NCBI GenBank assembly: GCA_000004695.1 | Contig: CM000150.2 | Span: 4,352,001-4,416,000, forward strand | Reading direction: 5' to 3' | Length of the DNA stretch: 64,000 nucleotides | From: Dictyostelium discoideum | Taxonomy: Eukaryota | Shown here: piece after piece, positions 29,857 to 47,472 of the stretch | Layout of the letters: the number at the start of each line of letters is the position of its first letter | Numbering within the stretch: position 1 is the stretch's first letter | Position numbers and translations under genes: made by a program | The notes under the pieces: model-generated | Databases searched by the model: none | Seen by the model: only the letters and a program-made list of their open reading frames with translations | Told to the model about the DNA's origin: nothing

Positions 29857-30127
29857 AGAATTAAGGAGGAGGGGTTGAGTGTAATTTAATTTGGAAAAAA
29901 AAAAAAAAAAAAAAAAAAAAATAATAAAAAAAAATATAAAATTAAAAATAATTGAAAATTTTTTTTTTTTTTTTTTAAAATTTTTTTTTTTTAATTTTTT
30001 TATTTTTTTTTTTTTAAATTAAAATTTGTCAACTTCATCATTTTTTTTTTATAATTTTTTTTTTTTTTCCACACACTACATAAACATATTTTTTTCATTA
30101 TACATATAAACAAATAAATCAAATACC

Positions 30128-31279
30128 ATGGATGAAAGTATTAAAAAGTTACCAGATTTAGCTATTGCTGATTTAATTTTCACTGTTAAATTAGAAGGTA
30201 AAACTGGTACTGAATCATATAATAAATTAATTAAAGAAATTGAAACACACAGTAAGTAATATTAATAGTAATAATAGTATTAATAATAATAATAATAATA
30301 GATATTTTTAAATTATTATTATTATTGTTATTATTTTTTTTTTTAAAAAAAAAAATAACTTATTTTAATTTTTAATTTTTTTTTTTTTTTTTTAAAAAAA
30401 AAGAAATGTTACCATTATATAAAATACTTGTAGAACAATTAAAATGGACAGAAGATCAAGGATTAGTATCAAAATTAAAAGCTGAAAATGAAAGTGAATT
30501 AAAAGCATTAGATAATAAAATTACTGATAGTGTTGAAAATTTTGGTGAGTCTGAAATTAGAGAAGCATATTTAGCAAAATCTGATTTCTATTGTCGTATC
30601 GGTGATAAAGTAAATATATAAATATATAAATATTTAAATTTTATTTTATAAAATTATTTAATTATTAATTTTTTTTTTTTTTTTTTTTATTCTTATTTTT
30701 TTATTTTATTTTATTTTATTTTTTTTAAAAAAAAAGGATACAGCAGTTGAAATGTATAGACAAACGTTTGAAAAAACAGTACCATTGGGTCAAAAATTAG
30801 ATATTGTTTTTACATTAATTAGAATGGGTATTTTTTGGATGGATCATGATATTGTAACAAGAAATTTAGAGAAAGCTCAATCATTAGTTGAAGAAGGTGG
30901 TGATTGGGATAGAAAGAATCGTTTGAAAACATATGAAGCAGTTTATAAAATGTCCATTAGACAATTTAAAGAAGCCTCCGATCTCTACTTGGAAACTGTT
31001 GCAAGTTTCACTTCAACTGAATTTATCGATTATAGTAGATTCATTCAATATTTAATTTTCACTTCATTACTTCATTTGGATAGAGTTTCCTTAAAACAAA
31101 AAGTTATCGATTCACCAGATGTACTCTCTGTTATTAATGACACTCCAAAACTTCAAGATTTATTACAATCTTTCTATAATGGTGATTATGCTAATTTCTT
31201 TGGTGCTTTAGGTAATTATTTATTTATTTATTAAAAAATTGATTTTTAATTTATACTAATTTTTTTATTATTTTTTATT

Positions 31280-31311
<32 letters not shown>

Positions 31312-31766
31312 TTCAATTAGCTCATTTCTCTGATTCAATTAAAGGCGATAGATATTTAGCTGAACATTCACGTTTCTTTACTAGAGAAATGAGAATTTTG
31401 GCTTATAATCAATTTTTAGAATCTTATTCATCTGTAAAATTAGAATCAATGTCAAATCAATTTGGTGTATCTTATGATTTTATTGATAGGTTTGTTGTTT
31501 ATTATTATTATTATTAATATTTTATTTATATTTTTTTTTAATATTAATAAATTTTCTTTTTTTTTTTTTTTTTTTTTTTTTTAATCTTCAGAGAATTATC
31601 ACGTTTTGTAGCAGCAGGTCGTTTAAATTGTAAAATTGATAAAGTTTCAGGTGTCATTGAAACTACCAGAAGTGATGCAAAGAATCATTTATACAAAACT
31701 ACACTTCAACAAGGTGATAACTTATTAAATAGAGTTCAAAAATTATCTCGTGTAATAAATGTTTAA
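30128..31766 (+). CDS. psmD6: 26S proteasome regulatory subunit Rpn7 / PSMD6 (PCI domain). Five exons: 30128..30251, 30404..30609, 30737..31211, 31321..31489 and 31592..31766.
   Basis: The protein is collinear with human PSMD6. Matching segments are [71 protein letters not shown] and [31 protein letters not shown]...[14 protein letters not shown]. All five junctions are phase-consistent (1,0,1,2) with GTAAGT, GTAAAT, GTAATT and GTTTGT donors. Confidence 0.9.
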
Positions 31767-31991
31767 ATTCATAATAACTTTTCCAACAATATTTTGTGGA
31801 AAAAAAAAAAATTACAAAAAAAAAAAAAAAAGTTAAATAAATAAAAAAAAAGATAAAAATAAAAAAAATTATTGATTGTAAATATCAAAAAAAAAAAAAA
31901 AAAGTATTTATCAGTGATTGGAAAAAAAAAAAAAGAAAGAATATTATATTTAATAAAAGAAAAAAAAATTATTTTTTAAAAATAGAAAATG

Positions 31992-32027
<36 letters not shown>

Positions 32028-32589
32028 TAACCAAATCATAATTAATACTGGTTATTTCAGAAATTTATAATTTAATTATAATTGGGTTTGGCACGAGGTG
32101 CTATTCCCCAAGATAGATATTTATCAAAGTTATTGATATACTTTGCATTTATTATTTTGGAGAACATATAAGTTCTTCCCCCTTTTTAAATAAAAAAAAA
32201 AAAAAAAAATTAATTAAAACCTTATTTAATATCCAATTCTCAAAGAATTTATCCCAATTTAATAGGTATCTCACTCATCAAATCATCTTCCAAAAACTAT
32301 TCATGTGGACCAAAATCAAAACTCAACAACCTAAAAGAAATTGAAATTTATTACATTAAAGTGTATGAAATTTTAAGAAATTATTAAAACATATCAACCA
32401 AGATAAATTAAAATATAATTTCAAAGTTTGGAAAAACTCCCAACCATTAAAAATAAAAAAAATAAATAAAAAGTTAAAAATAAAATTAATAATTAAATAA
32501 TTAAATAATTGAATATAAAATAAAATAAATAATTTTTATTAATATTATTATTATTATTAATATTATTATTATTATTGTTAAATATAATT

Positions 32590-32620
<31 letters not shown>

Positions 32621-32628
<8 letters not shown>

Positions 32629-33769
32629 GAGTAAATGTAATTACAGTACTACTAGAAACAATATAACCAAATGATAAAGTTTGACCAGGACTAATTTGGT
32701 TATTCCAACTTGTAAATGAAACAATATTTGAACTAACTAAATTCAATTCCCAAGATGATGATGGAGTTTTATCAATTGCAAATCTTGGAATAGGAATTGG
32801 ACTACTTGATGGATTGGTTAATGTACAATCAACCAAAGTATTTGTATTTGTACCATCAAACCAAGTTTGTCTAATAGTTTGTTTAATAACTGCTTTAACA
32901 TTTGATGATCCAGTTGTACTTGATCCACCAGTGGTTGTTGTTGTTGTTGTTGTTGTTGTTGATGGTTTAGTTGTAGTTGTTGATGAACCTGATCCACCAG
33001 TGGTTGTTGGTTTACTAGTTGTTGAACCTGTTCCAGTTGTTGTTGTTGTTGTTGATTGTGAAGCAGTTGTAGTTGAACTACCAATTGTTGAAATTGTTGA
33101 AACTTGACCAAGACAAATTTGATTACCATTTGGAGTGAATTTTGAAGGTGAAGAATTAATTTTTCTTAAATAATTCATTGTTTTTTGATTAACAGTTTTC
33201 CAATCTTCATATAAAATTGAATCAGTATCAGCAGAATCTGGATTTAAAGAGAAGAAAAGATGTGATTTCATATTTTTATCATTTAAATATTGAGTGAATC
33301 TATCCATAAATAATGAATTTTTAGTGGTGTTTACTTTACAACCCCATTCACCTAATAAAACTGCATATTGATTGGTTGGAACATTATCAGCCAAGAAACC
33401 AAATTCAGCGTCCCAAACGGTTGGCATATTATTTGGATAATCTGGAGCATTGAAAAATTCTTGATCGAAAACACTTGAACAATAGGTATGTGGAGCGTAG
33501 ACAACACGATTTGGTTGATTCAAATAAATTGGGAAACATCTTACTGGTGACATATTACCACCCCACCAATTATTATACATATTTGAACAAATTCCTTGAT
33601 TATTTTGAACACCTTCAATAAAATAAACACCATTGAAATTTGTTGATGAATCAATTTGATTTACAATTCTAACAAATGCTTTATCCCAATCTGTTGAAGG
33701 ATTACCAGTACCCCATGTAACTGGGTCATGTGGTTCATTTTTAATATCTAATGCCCATAAATTCCAACT

Positions 33770-33800
<31 letters not shown>

Positions 33801-34445
33801 TATTTAAAAAATTAAAATTAAATAATTAAAATAATTGAAATAATTGAAATAATTAAAAAAAAAAAAAAATACTTACTATTGTTTAAATAAATTTGTTAAA
33901 TTAATCCAAGAATCAATTACCATTTGTTCAGTATAATTTATACATACACCATCAACATTTTTAAAACATTCAGTTGTATACCAAAGTGGTGAAATATAAT
34001 CAGCTGGATCAAATCTATGTTGTTCAAGTACAATCAAAATACCACGTTTACCAGATTCAGAAGTTATATATTGTAATACTTCAAGTGCTGTCTTACCTTG
34101 TAAATTTGGATTTAAACTATAATTAATATGATTTGGATAACGTTTATTAATAAGCATATCAACTGAAAATGGTAAACGTAATGCATTGAAACCAGTTGCA
34201 ACTAAAATATCTAAAATTGATTCAACACTTTGACTTTGTAAACCACCTGGTGAAAATGTACCAGTTTCCATACCAAACCATGCAATACCTTGAATTGTAA
34301 TTTCTACACCATTCAATGTTAATTTACGATCACCACCACTTCTCCAACTTAAATTATCTTTATTCCAACATTGTTGACCATTTACAATAATTGTTAAAAA
34401 AAATGATAAATATAAACAAATAAATAATTTTAAATAATTATTATT

Positions 34446-34448
<3 letters not shown>
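32621..34448 (-). CDS. Secreted glycoside hydrolase family 5 (cellulase-like) with Thr/Ser-rich linker and C-terminal carbohydrate-binding-module-like domain. Two exons on the minus strand: 34448..33877 and 33767..32621.
   Basis: There is a signal peptide (MNNNYLKLFICLYLSFFLTIIVNG). The GH5 hallmarks are GFNALRLPF, the catalytic NEP (ALDIKNEPHD, spanning the phase-2 junction) and GEWG. A (T/S)n linker encoded by (ACA/ACC)n is followed by a 90-aa beta-rich module (WFDGTNTN...SWNNQISPGQTLSFGYIV). The donor is GTAAGT and the intron is 109 nt. Confidence 0.8.
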
Positions 34449-34501
<53 letters not shown>

Positions 34502-35585
34502 AAAAAATAAAAAAATAAATTAATTTATTTTTATTGTATAATTATTATTTTTTGTTTTTACAATTTTATTGATTTTATTAAATCTATAATATTTAATTAT
34601 ATATATTTATATATTTTTTTTTAAAAAATTGTTATTACTATGTGATTGTTATTTGTTAATTATTTCAAGAAAAAAAAAAAAATTAATTCTATTTATACAT
34701 ATTTTTTTTTTTTTTTTTCTTCTTATTTTTCTTGTTTTTTATTATTTATTTTTTATTATTTTTTTAACGTTTTGATTTATTTCTATTTATTTTATAATAT
34801 TGTTTTTTTAATTGTTTTTTTTATAATAAAAAATATTATTTTTTATTGGTTAATAATACTACTTGATGGGTGTGTATTCTATCCTCAATTAATAATAATT
34901 TTTTTAAAATTTCTATTTTGTTTTATTAATTTATTTGTGTATTTAGGTGTTTTAATTGTTATTCACCTATTGTGTGTGTATTTAAAATTTTTGTGTGTTA
35001 GTGGTGGTGTAAGTAGTGGTGTTGATTTAAAAGTGTGAAAATTTAAATTTTTCTGTTTGGGGGTAATAATTTATAAAAATAATATATAAATAATTAAAAA
35101 AAAAAAAAAAAAAAAAAAAACCTTTGATGTCAAATGTAATCTTCAATTTTAGATCCTATTGTAAATAAAATTTTTATTTAAAATTGTTTATATTTGTTAG
35201 TGTGTTTTTTTAAAATTAATATTTATTTTTAAAATTAATATTACAATCTGATTAAAAATTCTCACACACACTTAATAGATACTACCCTAAATGAAAAATT
35301 AGTGTGTGAATATTTGACAATAACCTATAAATAGAACCCATTAATAAACAAAGGGGCATTATTAACAATAAAAAAAATAACAATAGCTTTTTTTAAGAAA
35401 AATTAAAAAAATGAAAAAAAAAAAAAAAAAAAAAAATATAAAAGTTAAAATATGGTTTATTGTATATAAACATCAAATTTTTAGATGATGAAATTATTTG
35501 TGTATACTGACATCCAGAAAAAAATATCTCAAATAACCAATAATAATTTCACCCACTCACATTTATTTAAATTTATAAATTTTTT

Positions 35586-35632
<47 letters not shown>

Positions 35633-35798
35633 AATTAAATTTGGTTTGATGTTTTTCAAAAAAATTAATAATTTATTTTAAAAAATTACTCATTATTATG
35701 AGACAATAATATAAATTCTTTTAAAAAATAAAAAATAGATATATCAATTGATAAAAACTTACTCTATAAGATTAACACATAGTAAAACGTTAATTTCC

Positions 35799-35834
<36 letters not shown>

Positions 35835-36401
35835 GTGTGATATCTCGTCTTTCTTGATTTCAAGAAAATAGATCATTTGTAAATAAAATTTTATTTATTT
35901 TTTTTTTTTAATAATTTTTTTTATTTATTTATTTATTTAATTTTAATTTTAATAACAAATATTTGAAATAAATATTAATAATTACTATTTATTTATTAAA
36001 TTTATTTATTAATTTTATTAATTTATTAATAAATTTTATTTATTTATTAATTTTATAAATTTAATTATTAATTTATTTATTATTTATTTTATTTTATTTT
36101 ATTATATTTATTTTGTTTATTAATTTTATTTTATTTTATTTTATTTATTTATTAAATTTTATTTATTTTATTTTATTTTATTTATTTATTCCTCAAAGGT
36201 ACAATCATTTGTATATTTGTAAAAATTAGGTTTTCGCTATTATTGTTAATTTTTATTAATATGTAGATTAATTTATGAATTTTATTTTTGAGCTTATTGT
36301 TATTATTTTTTTTATTGTCAAAGAGTTGTTGTTAAAAATAATTATTTGAATTGTTATTGGTTTTTTTTTTTTTTTTTTACAAGATTTATTTAATACCAAA
36401 T

Positions 36402-36544
36402 AAATTATTACAATGCTTTACGAAAATGAAAAAAAAAATTTATGATAATTGTGAAATAAAATAAAAAAAAACAAATACAAAATATATATTTAAAAATTAT
36501 CATAAATTTTTTTTTTTTCATTTTCGTAAAGCATTGTAATAATT
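36402..36544. repeat. Near-perfect inverted repeat (palindrome): two arms of about 47 bp separated by a 44-bp AT spacer
   Basis: Left arm 36402-36450: aaattattacaatgctttacgaaaatgaaaaaaaaaatttatgataatt. The reverse complement of the right arm 36495-36544 is identical except for a 2-nt length difference in the A-homopolymer. It lies in the 2.8-kb divergent promoter region between the GH5 gene (minus) and the HGSNAT-like gene (plus). Confidence 0.85.
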
Positions 36545-36571
36545 AATCCTTTTTCCGATTTTAGGGATTTG

Positions 36572-36602
<31 letters not shown>

Positions 36603-36625
36603 TGTATCACTACTTGAAAAGGGTT

Positions 36626-36656
<31 letters not shown>

Positions 36657-37262
36657 AAAGGTCTTTGGGACCTCAATTATTAAAAAAAAAAACTTTTTTT
36701 TTTTTCAATTTCCCTAATAGAAATATAAATAGTGGTACATACATTAAACATAAAATTATTTTATGTGAATACAAAAATATTACTATGTGAAATACTATTT
36801 GTGGCTGTGTAACAAATAAATACACATTAAAAAAAAAAAAAAAAAACCAAAACTATATTTTTATCTACACACACAATATAAATAGATATATTCATATTTT
36901 TTTTTGTGCATGTATTATTCAATTAAAAAAAAAAAATTTTGCTTTCTTGACCTGTTTTAACTGTAAAGTAAAGTGCAGTGGCTTTAAAAAATGAAAAAAA
37001 ATTAAAAAATGAATAAAGATTTTTTTTTTCCCAATTGTTATCCGATTTTCCCAAAGATATTTATTTTTTTTTTTTATTTTATTTTATTTTAATTTTATTT
37101 TATACGATTTTTTTTTTAAAAAAAAAAAAAAAAAATTTTATTTTTTTTTTTATTTTTTTTTTTTGATCAATAGTCTAAACTAGTTAATTTTTATTTTTAT
37201 TTTATTTTTTTTTTTATTTATGCATAAACAAAAAAAAAAAAAAAAAAAAAAAGTTTTTACAT

Positions 37263-37483
37263 ATGATGGTGCCAAATTATAAAAATATACAAGATGAAGA
37301 GTCAAAACCATTGATTGAACATAGCAGTAGTACTCATATTAATCATGGAAAAGATACAAAAACTAAAATTATTGAATACCTTAAACCAGTTCAAAGAAGA
37401 ATGGGTAGTTTAGATGCTGTTAGAGGTCTAACTATTTTCGGAATGATGTAAATATTTACATTTTAAAAATTTTTAATTTATTT

Positions 37484-37544
<61 letters not shown>

Positions 37545-37779
37545 TTTATTAAAATTATAGTTTAGTTGATAATCAAGCTGGTAATGATGTTATTTGGCCA
37601 TTAAATGAAACTGAATGGAATGGTTTATCAACTGCTGATTTAATTTTCCCATCTTTTATTTTTATTAGTGGTTTTTCAATCGCTTTAGCTTTAAAGAATT
37701 CAAAAAATACAACATCAAGTAAGTAAAATAAATTTATTTTCTTTTATTTATTTATTTATTTTTTTATTAATTTATAAAT

Positions 37780-37842
<63 letters not shown>

Positions 37843-38889
37843 TAAATAGCATGGTATGGTATTATTAGAAGAACATTATTATTATTTTTTATTCAATGTT
37901 TTTTAAATTTAATGGGAGATCATTTTAATTTTACAACATTTAGAATTATGGGTGTTTTACAAAGAATTGCAATTTGTTATTTTTTTAGTTGTCTTTCTTT
38001 TCTTTGTTTTCCAATTTTCCTTCAAAGATTATTTTTATTAAGTGTAACTGTAACTTATATTTCAATTATGTATGCATTAAATGTACCAAAATGTGGTAGA
38101 GCAAATTTAACTCAAAATTGTAATGCTGGTGCTTATATTGATTCAAAAGTATTTGGTTTAAATATGTAAGTAGAAAAAAATAAAAATAAAAAAAATAAAA
38201 TATATGTGTGTATGTTTATTAATTATTATTTTTTTATTTTTTTTTTTTTTTTTTTTATTTTTAGAATGAAAGAAAGTAATTTAAATGGACCATATTATAA
38301 TGATCCAGAAGGTTTAATTTCAACAATGAGTTCATTTATTACAGCATGGATGGGATTAGAATTTGGTAGAATTTTTACAAGATTTTATAAAAAACATGAT
38401 TTTGGTAATACTGATATTATTGTAAGATGGATTTTATTGGTTATTTTATTTATGGTACCAGCGATTTCATTAGGTGCAACAGTTATGCCATTTAATAAAA
38501 AGATTTGGAGTTTTAGTTTTGCTTTATTTACAGTTGGTGCAAGTGGTTCATTAATTTTAATTGCATTTATTTTAATTGATGTTATTGATTGGGAATCATT
38601 AAAATGTGAAAAAGTTAGAAAAATAATCGATTTAATTATTAAACCAATGAAATGGATTGGTCAAAATCCAATCACAATCTATTCATTAATGGTTTTCATT
38701 GAAATCATTCTAATGTATTATATTAATGTTGGTTCAAATTCACTTTGGGTTCAAATTTATGAAAAAATGTATTTATCTTGGTTAAAAAATGGTTACTTAG
38801 CTTCAACTGTTTTTTCAATAGGTTGGTTAATATTTTTTATTTTAATTGCATATATTATGCAAAGAAATAAAATATTTATTAAACTTTAA
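37263..38889 (+). CDS. Heparan-alpha-glucosaminide N-acetyltransferase (HGSNAT)-like multipass membrane protein. Four exons: 37263..37447, 37561..37718, 37850..38165 and 38265..38889.
   Basis: The protein is collinear with the human HGSNAT transmembrane domain. Matching segments are WNGLSTADLIFPSFIFISG, RIMGVLQRIAICYF, YNDPEGLISTMSSFITAWMG and the C-terminal IMQRNKIFIKL. Donors are GTAAAT, GTAAGT and GTAAGT, with phases 2,1,2. Introns 1 and 2 each carry a (TAA)n tract of about 50 bp. Confidence 0.85.
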
Positions 38890-39051
38890 AAAAATAATAA
38901 AAAAAAAAATAAAAAATAAATAAATTTAAAAAATTATTAAAAAATTTTGAAAATTAAAATATTTAATCATAAATAAATCTATATTTAGAAAATAAATTTT
39001 TATTAATTAAATATATTTTATTAATTTTTTTTTTTTTTTGGGAAAACACAC

Positions 39052-39096
<45 letters not shown>

Positions 39097-39157
39097 CATT
39101 TTATTTCAAAAAAAAAAAAAGATTCACATTAAAATAATAATTTAGAAAAAAAAAAAA

Positions 39158-39944
39158 ATGGTCAGACAATCAATTTCATTAAAAGCTGAATTAGAAGAAA
39201 TTCAAAATATTTTTCCAGCAACATATAAAATATTTTTTTTAAAGATTAAATGTTCAAATTGTGGTGAAATCCCAGATAAATGGATTGGTTTAGATAAATC
39301 AAATATTGAAGTCATTGGAAAATCAAATGTAAATTTAGCAAGTATGTTTGATATAAAAATAATTTATAAATGATTGAAATAAAAAAATTAAAAAATTAAA
39401 AAAATTATTAAGTAATTAAAATACTGATCAGTATTTTTATTCACTCATTTCAATTAATCATTTAATAAAATATATATATTAGCAAAATGTAAGGGTTGTA
39501 ATAGGGAAAATAGCATTGTAATTGAAGATACTGATTATTCATCAAGAACAATTGAATCAGAAAAAGATTTTGAAATTGCTAGATTTGATTGTAGAGGTGT
39601 TGAAATTGAAGAATTTGATCCAAGAGTAATAATACTATCAATATTAAATATTTAAATAATTTCAATTTTTAAAAACAATTACTAATAATAAATAATTAAA
39701 AAATAGGATAATTGGATTGTTGTCTCATCATCTGGTAAAGAATATAAAGATGTCGATTTAGAAGAGTAATTATAAATATTCAAATACAATATTTATATGT
39801 GATTGTTTTAACTAATAACCATTTTTTTTTTTTTTTTTTTATTATTATTATCTAAACAGAGGAGAATGGTCAGAATTTGAAGAAAGAACTTCAACTTCAT
39901 TAACTATTTTAAGTATTGAATCTTCTATTAAAAAAATCAAATAA
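39158..39944 (+). CDS. CXXC-motif zinc-binding protein CZIB (DUF866 / C1orf123 family). Four exons: 39158..39341, 39483..39625, 39707..39765 and 39860..39944.
   Basis: The assembled 158-aa protein is MVRQSISLKAELEEIQNIF...KIKCSNCGE...KCKGCNRENSIVIE...ARFDCRGVEIEEFDPR...DNWIVVSSSGKEYKDVDLEEEGEWSEFEERTS.... It is collinear with human C1orf123 (KMKCGNCGE, KCKLCARENSIEI, EFECRGLEP). All junction phases are consistent (1,0,2). Confidence 0.85.
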
Positions 39945-40082
39945 AAACAAATTAAATACATGTATTTATTTAAAAAAAAAAAAAAAAAAACAAAAACAAA
40001 AACACTTTTGTCTTTAAACAATCAAAACTTTTTTTTTTTATTATTTTTATTTATTTTTTTTTTTTTCATTTTTTCATTTTTT

Positions 40083-40121
<39 letters not shown>

Positions 40122-40159
40122 TGTTTTTTATCAAAATTTTGCTTCAACCACACACAAAA

Positions 40160-40426
40160 ATGATGAGATTTTCAAAGTTAGTCAGATGTACTAATAGTAT
40201 CATCAAATCAAACCAAATTCAAAGATCATTTATCTCAACTTCATTTGTACAACAACAACAACCATCAAAATCAGTTTTAACTTTAAACAACAACAACAAT
40301 AAATATATTCAAAAGAGATCTTATGCATCTGGTAGTGAAGATGAACCATGGTTATTAGAAAAAGCTGGTAAAGTGTTTTACATTTTTTATTTTTTAATTA
40401 TACTATCTTATAGTTTTGTTTATTAT

Positions 40427-40457
<31 letters not shown>

Positions 40458-41069
40458 CATACTAACAATGAAATTTTAATTTTTATATAAATATTACAGA
40501 TCCATCAATTCTTCAAGATGATCGTAGGTTTCAATTTTATTTATTATAGAGTTTTAGAAATTATTTTGATAATTATGATGATTACATGTTAACACATACA
40601 TATTTAAATTCATACACACATATACATATATATTTATATTATAGATCCAGGTTATCCATTTTCAGAATTAGTAGATACAACACTTCCAGAATTTAGCATT
40701 CAAGAAGTCTCTCGTCATAATTCAAGAGAGGATTGTTGGATTATCATTAATGAAAAAGTTTACAATGTTTCCTCATATGTTTCATCTCATCCAGGTGGTG
40801 ATATGATTTTACAAGTAAATATTATTATTATTATTTATTTATTAATAAATGGTTTTCATAACCATTAAATCATTTTTAATTATTAATTATTATTATTATT
40901 ATTATTATTTCTATAGAATGCAGGTGGTGAATCAACAACTTTATTCAAAGAAGCACCAATGACTTCATATGCACATGTTATCATGAAAGATTTTCATATT
41001 GGATATTGTCGTCATCAAAGAAGATTTGATGGCTTCACTCCAAGACAACATGACGAAGATCATCACTAA
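40160..41069 (+). CDS. Cytochrome-b5-like heme-binding-domain protein with probable mitochondrial presequence. Exons 40160..40367, (40500..40523), 40645..40814 and 40917..41069.
   Basis: The N-terminus MMRFSKLVRCTNSIIKSNQIQRSF is presequence-like. The cyt-b5 core is FSIQEVSRHNSREDCWIIINEKVYNVSSYVSSHPGGDMILQ-NAGGESTTLFKE...HIGY. The 24-nt micro-exon (DPSILQDD) is optional. Both AG|ATCCA acceptors (40499 and 40644) keep the reading frame. The ORF-track extension to 40121 starts at TTG. Confidence 0.72.
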
Positions 41070-41509
41070 ATTCATTTAATCTATACTACTATTATTATTT
41101 TTATCATCATACCAATCCGAATTTTCTCATTTAAAAAAAGAAAAGAAAAGAAAAAGAAAAAGAAAAAAAAAAAGAAAGAAAAAAAAAAAAAAAAAACCAA
41201 GTAATATATAAAAAAAAAAAAAGAATAAAATATAAACTAAAAAAAAAAAAAAAAAAATAAAAATAAAAAAAGAGAATTTTATTTATACTTTTTTAATTTT
41301 TATTTATAGATTTTTATTTTTAATTTTATTTAAACATTTTTTTTTATTTTATTTTTATTTTTTTTATTATTTTTTTTTTTTCTTTTTTTAACTACACACA
41401 TGCAATATTTATGAAATCTGTACTTCATTTAAAATTTATTTTTCGTTTTTTTTTGAAAATAAAATAAAAAATAAATAAAAAATAAATAAAAATTTTTTTT
41501 TTTTTTTGA

Positions 41510-41543
<34 letters not shown>

Positions 41544-41613
41544 CATTTCATTTCCTATTGCATATATGTGGTAATATCGTTAACAGATTTTAATATTACT
41601 AATATTGTAGAAA

Positions 41614-43336
<1,723 letters not shown>

Positions 43337-43637
43337 ATTAAATTAAATAAAATAAAAATAAAATAAAATATAAAAAAAAAGAAAAAAAAAATATTAATAA
43401 TAATATAATAATAATAATAATTATAATTATAATAATGTTTTTACAATCAAATTGTTTATTATTTATTGATTTTTTTTTTTTTTTTTTAATATAAAATTTA
43501 TTTTAAATATATGTAAAACTTAATTATAGCATCAATTAATAAATTTAAATTAATTATAAATAAAAAAAATAATTTAAAATAAATAAATAAAAAAAATGTT
43601 GGCCATTGTTTTAATATTTTTTTTTTTTTGTTTAATT

Positions 43638-43678
<41 letters not shown>

Positions 43679-43944
43679 AAAAAAAAATTGTAATTATCTG
43701 TTTTTTTTTGTTTTTTACTTTTTTTATTTTTATTTTTATTTTTTTATTTTTTATTTAATTATTATTATTATTAAACTAAGTTTTAAGATAATATTTATTT
43801 TTTCCACAAATTAATTAAATTAATTTAAAATCTTTTTTTATTTTTTTATTTTTTTTTTTATTGCCAAATTAAAATTTTTATTTTTTTATTTTTTTATAAT
43901 TATTTCAAACAACAGATAATAAATAAAGAAATAAATTGTAAAAA

Positions 43945-44774
43945 ATGGGTAAAACAAATAAAAAAAAAATTGAAGAAGAATCAGAAGAAGAAGAAGCAGG
44001 AGATGTTTTTGAAGTTGAAAAAATTTTAGATAAAAGAGTTCAGGTAAGATATTAAAATGGACTGAAATAAAAATTTAATAATTAATAAAATAAATTAAAA
44101 TCTAAAAATATACTAACCAAAAGGTTTTTTTTTTTTTTAATTATAAAAAAAAGCATGGAAGAATTCAATATAATATAAGATGGAAAGGATTTTCAGCAGA
44201 TTATGATACATGGGAAGATGAAGCTAATGTTGTAGGTTGTCCAGAACTTGTAAGAGAATTTGAAAGTTCAAGAATTAAAGAAAAAAAAAAAAATAGAAAA
44301 AGAAAAAATGTTATAATTGATGAAGATCCAACAGAAGAAATATCGTCATCATTATCATCAATATTATCATCACCTCAACCACAACCACCACCACCATTAC
44401 AACTAACCAACCACTCACCAGCATCATCAGAATTGGCAATAACAACAAATACTTTTTTAATTTCTAATTGTACATCAACATCTAATAAAACAAAAATTTC
44501 AATAGAAAATGAAGAAATTATTAAAAATGACCATGCAAGATATGGTGTACCATATGTTGAAGGTATTGGTTTTGAAAATGGTGATTGTGTTGATGAGATT
44601 GTTGGATGTAAACCCTTTGGTGAAAACAATTTATTATATTTCTTTATTAGGTGGAGAGGTAAAGAAAAATTATCATGGGTATCAAATGAATCCATTAAAC
44701 AGAAAGAACCCTTACAATTAATTGAATTTTATGAAAGTAGACTTAAATTTGGTTATAAAGGTGAAGAAAATTAA
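43945..44774 (+). CDS. Heterochromatin protein 1 (HP1)-like with chromodomain and chromoshadow domain. Two exons: 43945..44043 and 44154..44774.
   Basis: The exon 1 acidic N-terminus plus FEVEKILDKRVQ, followed by GTAAGA, joins HGRIQYNIRWKGFSADYDTWEDEANVVGCPELVREFE, which is a canonical chromodomain split by a phase-0 intron. The C-terminal chromoshadow is GCKPFGENNLLYFFIRWRGKEKLSWVSNESIKQKEPLQLIEFYESRLKF. It could be any of the Dictyostelium hcp paralogues, so no symbol is assigned. Confidence 0.85.
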
Positions 44775-45166
44775 AAAAAAAAAAAAATAAAACATTTGTA
44801 TATTTAAAATCATTAAAAAAAAGGTTTTGTTTTTTTTTTTCAAAAAAATAATTAATAAAATATTTAATTATTTTATATATATATTTTGGAATAAAAAGAA
44901 AACAAATAAAAATATTTAACTAAAAATATTGAAAAACAATAAAATTCAGATAAATAATATAAATGATTTATTTATAAATTCAAATACTAATAAAAATAAT
45001 AATAATAATAATTATAGTTATAATTAAAATAATAAATAAAAAATAAAAACTCAAAATAATATCAAAACTTAAATCAATTGATTTAACTATTTTTATAATT
45101 TAAAAAAAAAAAAAAAAAAAAATTATTATTTTATTTTTATAAAAATTATTAATTAAATATTAATTA

Positions 45167-47472
<2,306 letters not shown>

